Part shown: positions 34,935 to 46,842 of the stretch, piece by piece
Numbering within the stretch: the stretch's first letter is position 1
How the letters are laid out: every line of letters begins with the position of its first letter
Source of the DNA: Lepidodermella squamata
Taxonomy: Eukaryota > Animalia > Gastrotricha
Length of the DNA: 64,000 nt
Assembly (NCBI GenBank): GCA_047495785.1
Contig: JBLDXI010000055.1
Coordinates: 930,001-994,000 of the forward strand
Direction: 5' to 3'
Program-made: the position numbers and the translations under genes
The notes under the pieces: model-generated
The model's database searches: none
What the model was told of the DNA's origin: nothing
The model's input: the letters and a program-made list of their open reading frames with translations, nothing else

Positions 34935-35984
34935 ACTTGCAAATTTATTGAGAGAAAATTTCTACACAAATGAAAAAGCATTGCATGTGCAGCACTTTTA
35001 TATGTGTAAATTTGACCTACTTGTGCTGAATAGAAATTTGACCGACATGTGGACGTGTTTTTTTTGCATCACGTGAGGCTCAGCAATAATAAAAAAAATC
35101 AATACCACACACACGTGTATGAAATATATAGTGTTTGCGGTTTGCGGTTACATCATTCTATTACATTATTGAGCACTTTTCCAAAACCATGCGGCATACC
35201 GTACAGCTGTACCATTTTGCCCGCGCCCAACGCTTTCCAGATAAAATAAAAAAATCAGTAACAGCAGGTATAGTAGCACCACCAGAAAGCCCTACACCTG
35301 TGCTTAATTTAGCCGTAAAGAGTTTTTTAATTCGACAAGGGTGATTGTATAAAAGCTTTTTCGTGATCTCATCGTAGCAATTCATAAGCCTAAGGATTCA
35401 ACGAGACTTTTCTACCAGCCATTTTTTTCCCGAAATTCATTTAAAATTACGTAATTATTACAGCTTCATCAATACACGCGATCTGACGCACCCGGTAGTG
35501 CAGGGTCGGGCAGACATTTTTCTAAAGACGCAATTCCTATTATCGTGATTTTCATAATTAGGAATCGTATGGCCAATCAGTTTCTTGAACTTCCCCGACA
35601 TCATGCGCCTCATTTTTAATGACAGAAGCACGCGATGCTAATTTGAAATAAATCCAAAGTTCAATTGCGATAAAAATGTGAATCGAAAAAATGTTAAGCT
35701 AAGCTGGAAACTTAACAAAAAATCGATTTTCGAAATACAGTCGGTTCTACAACCTGGTTAGTGTTCGAACATGTCAAGCTTGGTCAAAAGAAATACTTAG
35801 ATCAAAAATGACTGATTTTCCAAATAATTTATTACGAGCTCAAATTATAACTCAGGCATGCAAGCAGGAAAATTTAAATATTCTCTGCAAGCATTGAAGA
35901 ACGTCTTGCTATAAATATTAGCACGATCAAAAAATACACGAATTTACTTCTGGTCAATATAACATGAAGGGTCAATACAGGTGC

Positions 35985-37901
35985 TCATTTATTTTTGGCC
36001 TCATTTGCACCGGGTTTAGGCCCATATAGCTCGCTTATGTGAGTTTTCAACGGTCTGCGGATGCGCTCGCCAAGAGTGGCAATGGCGTGGCGAGCCCCAG
36101 ACCACGTGTGCGGACCGAATACACGATAGTAGTAAGGGACAACATGGCCGAAATAGTAATGATAAGCTAACCTTTGAAAAAGCAGAAAAATGCAGCTCAG
36201 TTTAGTAAAATCGGTCTAAAATCACTTCCAATCCCCGGTTAGCATCATCCACGTCAAGGAAGGAATGCATCCTATCTCAGCAGCGATTTCGTCCATGTAA
36301 GCAACGCCATCAACCTAAAGAGGTGTCATTTTTAAATATGCCGATTACTTGAAAATACCTGAATAGTGTGGCGCTGTGAAGCTACATATCGCTCCGAAAT
36401 TGATTTCTTTCGTTGATTTATCTCCTTCCATCGATTCTCTACAGATGGTAGGTCCGAATCTCCACAGAATACTCTAACCTATTAAATTCAAGTTATCCAA
36501 AGTGGAGGAATTTAATTAATATTTACTGCCCAGCGAGACTGCAATTCGCTTATTGGCATGATTGCCCCAATAGGTTGAATACAGCCAATAATAGCTAGAG
36601 TTGGATGCTTCAAATAGGGCGGGAATACCAATTTATAAAGATCGATTTGATTAGCCTCGACTTTGACGACACTTTGAGGCAAAAACGCGAATCCGAAAAT
36701 GTAACCAGTGCCCAGAATGACCGCATCCAAGTCCTTGATTTCGGTGCCATCGACAAATTCAACGGAATTGGGACCAAAGCACTTGATGTCCGGCTGAACT
36801 TTTATCAAGCCACTCAAGACTCGGTTTGGAAAATCGTCGTTCACCTGATTTTTAACATAATAAATGATTAAGTAGTTGCATAATGTCTCGTCATACCAAG
36901 ATGTGTTGCGCAGAGGGTCCATACTTGGGGCGAAGGCCCAAGAGGTCGTGATCAACTTTGATGATCAACTTTTCGGCACACAAATCACTAACCCACCAGG
37001 GAAATAGATTTAGCAAATTTGCTGTGAATCTATTCATAGCGGAATCGAGAGGCATTCCCTGGGAGGAAATAATCTTTGGAAATTAAATTAACTAGGGACA
37101 AAATAAGCGAACATTAGGAAGCGAACGAGGAAAACACCAGGTTCCCCTACGTGTACTGATATGCAAAGATTTTGCAAAGCGGCACAGCTCGACAGCAACG
37201 TCGCCGCCAGAGTTCCCAATCCCAACAACCAGAACGTTCTTATCGACAAACTGGTCACCCTTCTTGTAGTCGTGGGTGTGAAGGACGATTCCTTCAGGAC
37301 AAAATTAAACGTGGAAGATTAATTCTAGGAAAATATTCTTGCCTTCAAACTTGTCAAGGCCAGGCAGCTTTGGGACATTTGGCTGAGCATGATGGCCAGT
37401 GCATACTAGAACGCCATCGAAAATTTCTTTCTTGTCTACATTTTTTTCGTTGCGATAACTGACTTCCCAACGACCTGTTGAAGTATTGGTTTGAATAAAT
37501 TCAGGCTTATAGTAAATGTACACACCGGTAGATTCGTAATCGCTAGCGTAATCAACTTTCGAGACCGATGTTTTAAACTGAATATGTTTAATGAGTCCAA
37601 AATGATCCGCATATTTTCGGAAGTATTGCAGAATCATATCGTGACGCATGAAGTTTGGGTAATCGTCGGGAATAGGAAAATCGCTGTACGCCATAACTTC
37701 TTTGCTGGTGTTGATTACCGTGCTCTTAGCAACACTGCCTTTAGCTGTGATCTCATCAGTATACCGCCACAGTCCGCCGATGTCGTTTGTACCTTCAAAG
37801 CAAGTGACATCAGCGCCTGCCTCCAGGCACGATTTGATAGCAGCTAAGCCAGAAGCTCCCGCTCCGATAACGCAGAATCGCTTCTTGTTCTCCGAAGGCA
37901 T
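35985..37901 (-). CDS. Dimethylaniline monooxygenase (FMO5-like), multi-exon
   Basis: VIGAGASG, GGLWRY, INTSKE..YSDFP, CTGHH, FEG..LHTHDYK, VVGIGNS, STRRGTW, GTGY, GAIMPISELQSRW, RHTIQ, GPHTWSGAR. Confidence 0.92.
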
Positions 37902-38693
37902 CTAACTGTAAGATAATCTACGGCAACAGATAAAAGAGGGCTTTACAAATTAGAGTTATCAAATACGGCAATTGGCAAGTATTATTAATTGGAAGTTGGA
38001 AGGAACAGTGATACTTGCGTGGAACTTTGAAGCCTTGTCAAATGTTGAACAGTCAGTCGCCATCAGATCCTATCGAAGCTTTGACTAATTTGCTTATTGT
38101 TTTTTAAAGCTCTTTTTCAAAGGGCTCTTTACAATCGTTTTACAGCATAAGATTTTTCATTGGAGCAAATATCAAGCAGCAGGCATCTACTGCTTCTACT
38201 CCAAGCTATCAAGCGCAGCGACCTGGAAAAAAGCAATCCAGGAGAAACTACTATGAATGTAAACAAAAAAACAGCAAATAACACGACACGATAAAGCCGC
38301 AGGTGTATGCGTATTGATGAAAAAACAGCTCTAATAGCGGAGCATATTATAATATTAGCTGCGTTTTCCGCAACTATCGCGGCGCATTATAAGGTAACTA
38401 TTTTTTTCAACCGAAGCCGTCAAATTTCACTTGAAAAAACAGCGAATTAACCTCGAAATGAAGTTTCATGTGTTACACTAACTTCTGTGATTGTTGTGGC
38501 CGTGTTAATTGATGCCGTTCGATATTATTATTTGCACTAATAAATGAACAGTGCATACCGAGAGGGCTTTGAAGCCAGGGCCATTGCGCATTATATTTAT
38601 AAGAACCGATGATAAGATCTTAAACAGGCAACAGATATCATGAGCAGGAAAAAACGGCAATTGTCTGCGTTTATTTTGCAAAATCGATCAGAT

Positions 38694-38865
38694 TAGAGCC
38701 AAACGAAATCTTTATCGTTCAAAGGTAGCGCAGGTGCCGTCAGATAGGGGCCACGTACGAGTTTATTCGGGTTGATCTGGTGCATGCCGAGGAAAGATCC
38801 AACCACAACTTGATCCATATGCTTTGCGAATTGACTTTGCGAAGCGGCTCATAAATAGCTGGAAA
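38694..38865 (-). pseudogene. Internally deleted 3' fragment of a GHR gene
   Basis: Near-identical to the last ~140 nt of GHR copy 1 plus a piece of the PAIYEP..KVN region; its 3' flank (38561-38670) matches the flank of copy 2 (39165-39270). Confidence 0.85.
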
Positions 38866-39294
38866 ACAGGGTCTGATCTCTATGCGAAATACCGTCGGAA
38901 TGATGTCTGAACCTTTTGCCAAAATTTAGGTCCAGCAGCTGGCTATAAAGTGGCATTGAGGACAATTTACGTAGGGCTTGGAGAAACGTTGTTATAGTAT
39001 ATATTTTTATTGTTGAATCCACAAACCAACGACACTTGAATACTTATTTAGATTAATATATGGTTAAGTGAATCAGGTTAGACAGCTCTAAAGCTATTTA
39101 GTAATGATATTAAAATAGTATTATGATTATTAAAATGATCGGGTGGTTTTCATGTGACTACTAAGAGGGCTTGAAGCCAGGGCTATTGAACATTAATTAT
39201 ATAAGAACAGAAGTACCAGATTGTGCACAGACAGCAGATATACAAAGAAAAAAGGGTAGTTTGTCCGCGTTTGTATCATGACGATTGTTCAATT

Positions 39295-40268
39295 CTAGAA
39301 CCAAGCGAAATCTTTATCGCTCAAAGGTAGCGCAGGTGTCGTCAGGTCAGGGCCGCGGTAAAGTGGTACAAGTTTATTTGGGTTCAGCTGATGCATGCCG
39401 ATGAATGTTGCAGCCACAACTTGATCCATATCCAGTGCGTAAGCAAAGCCCGGAAGCTGTGCAATTTTCTTCATCCATTTGTAGATATTCGGATAGTCCT
39501 TCTCATCACGCAGCGACTTCAAATTGACCTTACAAAGCGGCTCATAAATAGCCGGAATGCGGACAATCCACGGGAACACCAGAAGGTCAATAGCTGTCAG
39601 AACATCGCCGGCTATGAACTGTTGCTTGCCAAGCAAATCGTTCAGACGATCAAGTGAACCAAAGAACAATTTCACGGCATCTTCGTATTCCTGCTGAGTC
39701 TTAGCCAAACCGGCCCGAAATGACTTCATCGCCATGTCATTCATCAGCCATGGCAGCAGCTCTTTCTCGATCTTGTCGGAAACATTGATGGGATACAGAT
39801 CGATTTGCTTGCCGCCAATAACTCCATTGAACGCCGTGTTGAACATGCGAACAATGTCGGCCGACTCATTGTTAACAATTCGCTTCGTCTTAGTGTCGAA
39901 CAAGACTGGGACCGAAATAGGTCCACTGTAGTCGGGCTTGCTTAGAAGATATATCTCTTTCAAGAACTTGGCATTGATGACTGGATCAACGCCTAGTTTC
40001 GCATCAAAAGCCCATCCATTCTCATGGCATCGAGGAGCTGAACTCAACAGAACGACTTTAACAACCCCTTCTAGTTTTTTGACAGTCCAAGCGAGCAAAG
40101 TTCGGTGGGCCTAAAAATACATAATGCAGGCTGTGGATATGACAAGACATTTGTATAGCTTACGAATGGGCAGACCGTAGCGGCGTATAAGATGTAACGA
40201 TCCGCTTCAGGCTTGAAGGTCGGATGTTCGTTTGAGATGAAGTCACGGAATTGTCCAGCAGCTGCCAT
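39295..40268 (-). CDS. Glutathionyl-hydroquinone reductase, copy 2
   Basis: VCPF|AHR with the same intron position; IVNNESADI; SFRAG in place of SYRAG. Confidence 0.92.
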
Positions 40269-41248
40269 TATTGCAAAAGATTCGAGAGAAATATTCGATT
40301 ATATGAATAAAAAACTGCATGCGCAGTACGCTTTAAATAGGCAAATTTGACCTCTGCGGCAAAAAAATATGGCCAACCCGCAAGACATTTATGCGTAGTA
40401 CACACAGTAATAACAGCATAATCAATACATCACTCACGTGTGTGGAGAATAACATAGAGTGGTTGTTACATTCAGGATTCAGGGCAATTAAATATGAGAC
40501 ACTGCATACATTTCTATCTTTTAGTGTTATCAGCACGAGTTTATCTGTTCGCTGAAGATCCCCTCGGGGAGGTCAAGAAAATTCTCGCCTGTATTTCATA
40601 GCCATCGTCCATTGCCATACCATCAACTGTTGTATCTCAGCTAACTCAATTTTTTCATTGGAGTTATTGAAAAATTATTTTTATCGGGGTTTTTCAATCC
40701 CGTCGAAACACCTCTAGATTGGGTAATCAAAGGCGCTCCATCCAAGGAACCTGGCATTGGCTCACGCGGAGTCAAAAAGCATCAACAATTAATATTTTGG
40801 GCATTGGCGTCAATATCAACGGAAAAATCGTTTGTATAATTAACGTGAATTAACGATTAACCATTGCCCAGAGTTTACCACATAAATTCATCAAGCTGAA
40901 GGCTGACAATAACTACTATAGCGTAAGACCTTGAAATATCCCAATTCAAAATTTCGGCTCCAAATTCCTGATTACAAATGAGATCACGTTGTAATGCACC
41001 CGAGTTTATTAGGATTTAGTCCTTCCGATTGGCAAACATACCCATAAATGGGCCAAAATAGCATAGAGTTCTTCGTTACGTCCGTCGCAAAATACAGTTT
41101 GGTTTAAATATATGACAAGAAAGTTTGAAACTATGGCGATATTTTTAAGCATTCATTAGAACGTAATTGCGATATCGTTAAAAGACAACAGACAAACGAA
41201 GAAAAATAGCAACTGTCAAATTTTATATTATCATGGCAATGTTCGATT

Positions 41249-42222
41249 TTAGAACCAAGCGAAATCTTTATCGCTCAAAGGTAGCGCAGGTGTCTTCAAG
41301 TCAGGGCCCCGGTAGAGTGCAACGATTTTATGCGGGTTGATCGCTTGCATGCCAAAGTATGTTCCAACCATAATTTGATCCATATCCATCGCGATGTCAA
41401 CGCCAGGAAGTTGCGCAATTTTCTTGGTCCAGGTAAAAATATTCGGATAGTCCTTTTCATCACGCAGCGACTTCAAATTTAGCTTGAAAAGCGGCTCGTA
41501 AAGAAACGGAACGCGGACAAGCCACGGAAATACCATGAGGTCGATTGCAGTCAGAACATTACCAGCTATGAACTGCTGCTTTCCAAGCAAATCGTTCAAG
41601 CGATCGAGCGAGCTGAAGAACATTTTAGCATTAGTTTCGTATTCTTCCTGGGTCTTGGCGAAACCAGCCGCATATGTCCTCATCACCATGTCATCCATCA
41701 ACGGCGGCAACAGTTCTTTTTCGATCTTGTCAGCATTGGCAATATTAGGAGGATAGAGGTTGATTTGCTTGCCTCCAATAAGACCATTGAAAGCCGTGTT
41801 GAATATGCGAACAATGTCGGCCGACTCGTTGTTAACAACCAGCTTCGTCTTAGAGTCGAACAGGGCTGGGAGCGAAGCAGGACCAGTGTAGTTAGGGTTG
41901 CCTAACAGGTAGATATCTTTCAAGAATTTAGCATTGATGACCGGATCGACGCCGACTTTAGCATCGAAACCCCATCCGTTTTCAGGGTCTCGGAGAGAAC
42001 TCAAAATAACGACCTTAACGACCTTCTCGAGTTTTTTGACAGCCCTAGCCAGCAAGGTTCGGTGAGCCTATAGAAATAGAGTTGCCGGCTATGAATGACA
42101 AAAAGTAAATAGCTTACGAATGGGCTGACAAGAGCGACGTACAAGACGTAACGATCCGCTTCAGGCTTGAAGGTCGGATGGTCGTCAGAAATAAATTCGC
42201 GAAATTGTGCCACAGCCGCCAT
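41249..42222 (-). CDS. Glutathionyl-hydroquinone reductase-like, copy 3 (catalytic Cys>Ser)
   Basis: LVSPF|AHR; AGC at 42126-42124; frame otherwise intact. Confidence 0.92.
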
Positions 42223-42925
42223 TTTTTACTAATAATTCGAAAGAAAAATTCTATTTGAATGTAAAAAACTGCACGCGCAGCTTTGCTTTATATGTGCGAT
42301 TTTGACCGACATGTGCTGAAAGTAAATACAAACGGCGCTAGATATAAGTCTTTTTTGCGTGTCCGAAACTAGATCTCACCACTCTAATAATAATAAAATC
42401 AATACCGCATACACGTGTTTGCGGTTGACGCACTCAGACATTTTTTCAATGTTATCCTGAACCGCGGCTGTATTATTGTATAGGGACGTCAGTGGCGCCG
42501 TTTTACTTCTTCAACGACTAGCGACTTTTTACGTAGAACTCATCTCAAAGAGGCGTTGTGAAATTCTTTAAGCATGGCCGGCTGGTGGCGCTGCAATAGA
42601 AGAAAACCGGCATAGATATTACGCTAAACCGCGAGTCAGGCACGCATCGCGTTACATCAACTTATATTAGCTAATTTCGTTCAAAGTTTATCACTTTCTA
42701 TTCTAATTTTTTATTTTGAACAAGCCGATTTTAATCATTTGTCTTTATTTAGGGTGGAAACGCGAAATAAGACTGATAACCAAGCTTAACAGTTCAGTTT
42801 AAAGTGAGATATTTAAACGGCGAACATAATTATCTAAATTAAATAGAAATGTCAATCTTCAAGCACAATTATTGATTATCATAGTCATTTTCCTCATTCC
42901 CAATCAGAGATGAAATCCGCGATCT

Positions 42926-43971
42926 TTACATCCATGCATAATCGCTGTCGCTATGTGGAATAGCCGGAGTCAAAAGGTTAGGACCTCGGTAGATTGGCGC
43001 CATTCTCGACGGATTTACCGCACGCATATTATTGGCCATGCCGATCACAATGTCATCCATCTTCAGCGTTTCAGCAACACCGGGAACTTGCGCTACCCGT
43101 CGCAACCAGTTGAAAATATTCGGATAGTCCACGTTGTTTCGCAGCGATTTCAAGTTGACTTTGCACAAATATTCGAAGCAAGCAGGAATTCGTAAAATGT
43201 TGGGGAAGATGTTCAGGTCAGCTTCACTAAACACATCTCCAGCCAGGAATTTACGCTTCGAAAGCAGCTCATCGAGTTGATCAAGAGCTGCGAAAATCTC
43301 CCACGATATTTTATCAAACTCTTCTTGAGATTTTGCATTGTTGATGAAGTAGACCTTCATCGCGACATCGTTTACCAACCATTTGAGTCTCTTCTCACCT
43401 TCGGCAGCCAATTCAGGTGGGCTCAGATTGATTTGCTTCCCCTCAACAACACCATGGAAGGCGGTGTTGAGCATGTGAACAATTGCAGCCGAATCGTTGT
43501 TGACAATGGTGTTGGTCTTGGTGTCGAAAAGCACAGGAACTGAATAAGCACCGGTGTATTCCGGCTTGAATTTGTTGTAGATCTCCTTCAAGAACTTGGC
43601 ATTCATGACTGGGTCGACGCCGTACTTGGGATCGAATTGATAGCCATTGTCAGGATCGCGAAATGGACTCATAACAACGAGTTGAATGTATTTCTCCAAT
43701 TTCTTCACGGCTCTGACTATTATTGCTCGGTGGGCCTGAATAAAATTGAGCCGATTAACCCCTGAATCAAGGTTTGAAATTTAAAACTCACGTATGGGCA
43801 AACATAAGGGCCGTAGATGATGTAGCGACCAGCCTCAGGCTTGTAAATCGGATGGTCTTTCGAGATGACTTCGAGGAAAGGATCGGTCGTCATTTTATAC
43901 TTGCTTGACAGAAAACTTTTTGAGTAAGCAACTAGAGGCGAAAATATTCTGCGTTGAAAACTTGTCAGCAT
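42926..43971 (-). CDS. Glutathionyl-hydroquinone reductase, copy 4 (two in-frame ATGs: 43971, 43893)
   Basis: YVCPY|AHR, SVPVLFD, IVNNDS, YPNI, VNPSR. Confidence 0.9.
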
Positions 43972-44427
43972 ATATGGCGGAATCTATAGGTTTTGCGCCG
44001 GCTTATATACAGTTTGCCGCTAATGCAAACACGTGTTTTTTTTGGCCTTGTGTACACACTCAGACCACAGACTGGCTATGTAGTATTGGCTTAGATAAAA
44101 TGCGTACAAATACTACGCCGTTTAGCCTTATTTGTGGGATGAAAAAAAATTCGCGTGTTTTTGACTCACTTATGTGCTGCCCATAAGCGTGCGAGTACAG
44201 CCTATAGAAATTTATTGATCGAAGCTTTTTTTCAATGAATACGCCTGTCCATAGCGTGTTATAAGGGTCAAATTTATTTGACAAATAGTGCAAAAATCAG
44301 CAAATTTCACCGTATTTCAGTATTTTAATTTTTGAAGACGGCATCAATTTCCAATTTCTTGGCGATATTAGCGCTTATCATCGGCGTATTTGTTAGTAGA
44401 TATTACATTTTCCATTCATCTGTCGAT

Positions 44428-45644
44428 ATGTCTGCAAAGAAAGTTATTTCGATTATTGGAGCGACCGGCAAGCAGGGTGGAGCTCTGCTTCGTGCAATTC
44501 TGAACGAGGGCGCTTCGAGTGAATTTATTCCTCGAGCTATCACCCGTGACTCATCATCCGAAAAAGTAGGCAGCTTGATTTTTCCGACCCACTTTGCCAG
44601 ACATCAGCTGAGATTTTTCGAGAAAAATTGATAAAACGCTAGTGTTAGCCTAAAATCGTGGACAAATGTTGGCTTGATAAATCCTTATCGGGCTTTTTGC
44701 CTTATATTTCTGAGCCAACTGGTCACCTTTTCCTTATATTGTTATCAAACTATTAGCCTTTGTAATTACTTTTGTTTCAACTTAAAGGCACAAGAATTGA
44801 AGAAACTCGGTGCTGAATTGGCCCAAGCTGATGCCAATGACATTCCTGCCCTGACAAATGCCATCAAGGGCTCTTATGGCGTCTTCGTTGTATCCATGCT
44901 CGACTTCGGAGACACTGAAAAGGAGATTGCCCAGGCGAAGAACATGGCCGAGGCTGTTAGGTAATAAGGGAAAATCACAATTACCCACAGTTTTAATAAT
45001 AATTAATTCTCTAAAGGAATGCCGGGGTCAAGCACGTGATCTGGTCAACGCTCGAGGACACTCGCAAGCAGTTTCCTTTGGAAAGCACCCATTTGCCGAC
45101 GATCCAAGGCCGATTCAAGGTCCCCCATATGGACTCGAAGGGGGAATCTGACGCCTTTTTCGCTGACCTGCCAACTACCTATTTGCTGACCTCATTCTTC
45201 TGGGACAACCTCCGTCCTAACGGTTTTGTCCGTAAATACCCCGACGGCAAGCTTTACATCACCCTGCCGGGTTTTGATGACAAGAAAATGCCTGGAATTT
45301 CGACGGAAGACATCGGCAAATGTGCTTTGACTATTTTCAAACGCCCTGAACTTATCAACAAGCGCATCGCCATAGCCAGCGATCACGTGAGCAAAGCTGA
45401 CATGGCGGCGATTTACAAGAAGGTTCTCAACGTCGACGTCTTTCCTGGCAGCGTTACCTTTGACGAATTCCGCCATCAGGGTTTCAAAGGCGCCGATGAT
45501 CTTGGCAGCATGTTCCAATACTTCCACGATTCGCCCGATTTTCGTCAAGTGCGCAGTGTTGAAGAGACGAAAAAACTGAACCCGGAACTGCTGTCCTTTG
45601 AACAATGGGTCGTCAAAAACAAGGACACCTTCAAGTTCACCTGA
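44428..45644 (+). CDS. NmrA/HSCARG-family protein, copy 4 (3 exons)
   Basis: Exons 44428-44565, 44788-44960, 45017-45644; IGATGKQG, WSTLEDTR. Confidence 0.92.
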
Positions 45645-45787
45645 ATGGAAAACACTTTCGATTCCAATTAACTACAACTGAACTATGTTGTGTATAACAA
45701 CTGCAATCTTTGATAAATTTATCAGAAATTAAAATTGAATTTTGCTTGCAAATTAATGTTTTTATATAATAGACATTTTTTTGAATA

Positions 45788-46609
45788 ATGACTCGGGTAG
45801 CTGTCGTCACTGGTTCGAACAAGGGCCTAGGGTTGTCAACTGTTAAACAATTGTGCCAGCAAAACCCAAGCTGGATTGTCTACCTCACATCGCGCGACAA
45901 GCAACGCGGCGAAGAAGCTGTAAATCAGCTCAAATCTCTTGGCCTCAATCCTCGTTTCCATGAATTGGATGTTCAATCTGTAGAAAGCATTCGGGCTCTT
46001 CGTGATCACCTTAAAGCTGAGCATGGCGGTCTCGACGTGCTGGTTAACAATGCTGGTCTGGCTTTCCTGAAAGACTCACCCGAACCGTTGTCTGAACAAA
46101 TTCGGGTGACCCTGGCAACTAATTATTACGGTGCTCTTTCCGTTTTCACCGAATTAGCACCGATTTTGCGAGACCATGCTCGTGTGGTAAATGTTTCAAG
46201 CCGACTGGGTCACACGATCTACGGAAAGTTGTCACCCCAACTTCAGGAGGAGTTCAAGAAATGTAAAACTATCGAAGAGCTGAACAAACTCATCAACGAT
46301 TTCGAGGTTCAGCAGGAAAAGCACGAAGCTTCTGCCTCGGTATTCGGCAATTACGGAATGTCGAAAATCGGCCTAACGGTTGCTTCGGCCATCCAACAAC
46401 GGCAACTGGACGCTGATAAGTCGCGTAAAGGCCTGATTGTCAACGCGTGCTGCCCTGGTTTCTGCAAAACGGATTTGAATAAAAATTCAGGAACTCGTTC
46501 TGCTGATGAGGGAGCTGAGACCATTGTCTACCTGGCGACTCTGCCGGAGAACAGCACCGAACCACGTGGTCGATTTGTCAATGAGAAAGTTGTTAATGAC
46601 CTGTTTTAA
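45788..46609 (+). CDS. CBR1: Carbonyl reductase [NADPH] 1-like, intact
   Basis: TGSNKGLG, LVNNAG, VVNVSS, YGMSK, NACCPG; intronless. Symbol denotes family, not proven orthology. Confidence 0.92.
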   Translation: MTRVAVVTGSNKGLGLSTVKQLCQQNPSWIVYLTSRDKQRGEEAVNQLKSLGLNPRFHELDVQSVESIRALRDHLKAEHGGLDVLVNNAGLAFLKDSPEPLSEQIRVTLATNYYGALSVFTELAPILRDHARVVNVSSRLGHTIYGKLSPQLQEEFKKCKTIEELNKLINDFEVQQEKHEASASVFGNYGMSKIGLTVASAIQQRQLDADKSRKGLIVNACCPGFCKTDLNKNSGTRSADEGAETIVYLATLPENSTEPRGRFVNEKVVNDLF

Positions 46610-46747
46610 TTAAATGCGGTGCAAAAATTGCTTTATCATTTCCACGATTATAACTCACGATTCATTCATAAATTAAATGAGTAAAAACCACAATGATGCA
46701 CGGATTTTTGGCCTAGTTTTTTTTATTAGCACGAGCGATGTTTTTAT

Positions 46748-46766
46748 GGGTTAACTTTCTAGGTCA
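46748..46766 (+). promoter_or_regulatory. Putative DR7 element GGGTTA-n7-AGGTCA
   Basis: About 80 bp upstream of ATG 46843; spacer ACTTTCT versus AATTTCT in the paralogue promoter. Confidence 0.5.
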
Positions 46767-46842
46767 AACGAGTTTTCAACAGCAGCAATAGGGCAGCTTC
46801 AGTTTAATAATTTTTCCTTTCAAACTGTCAAAGTGAATTTAA

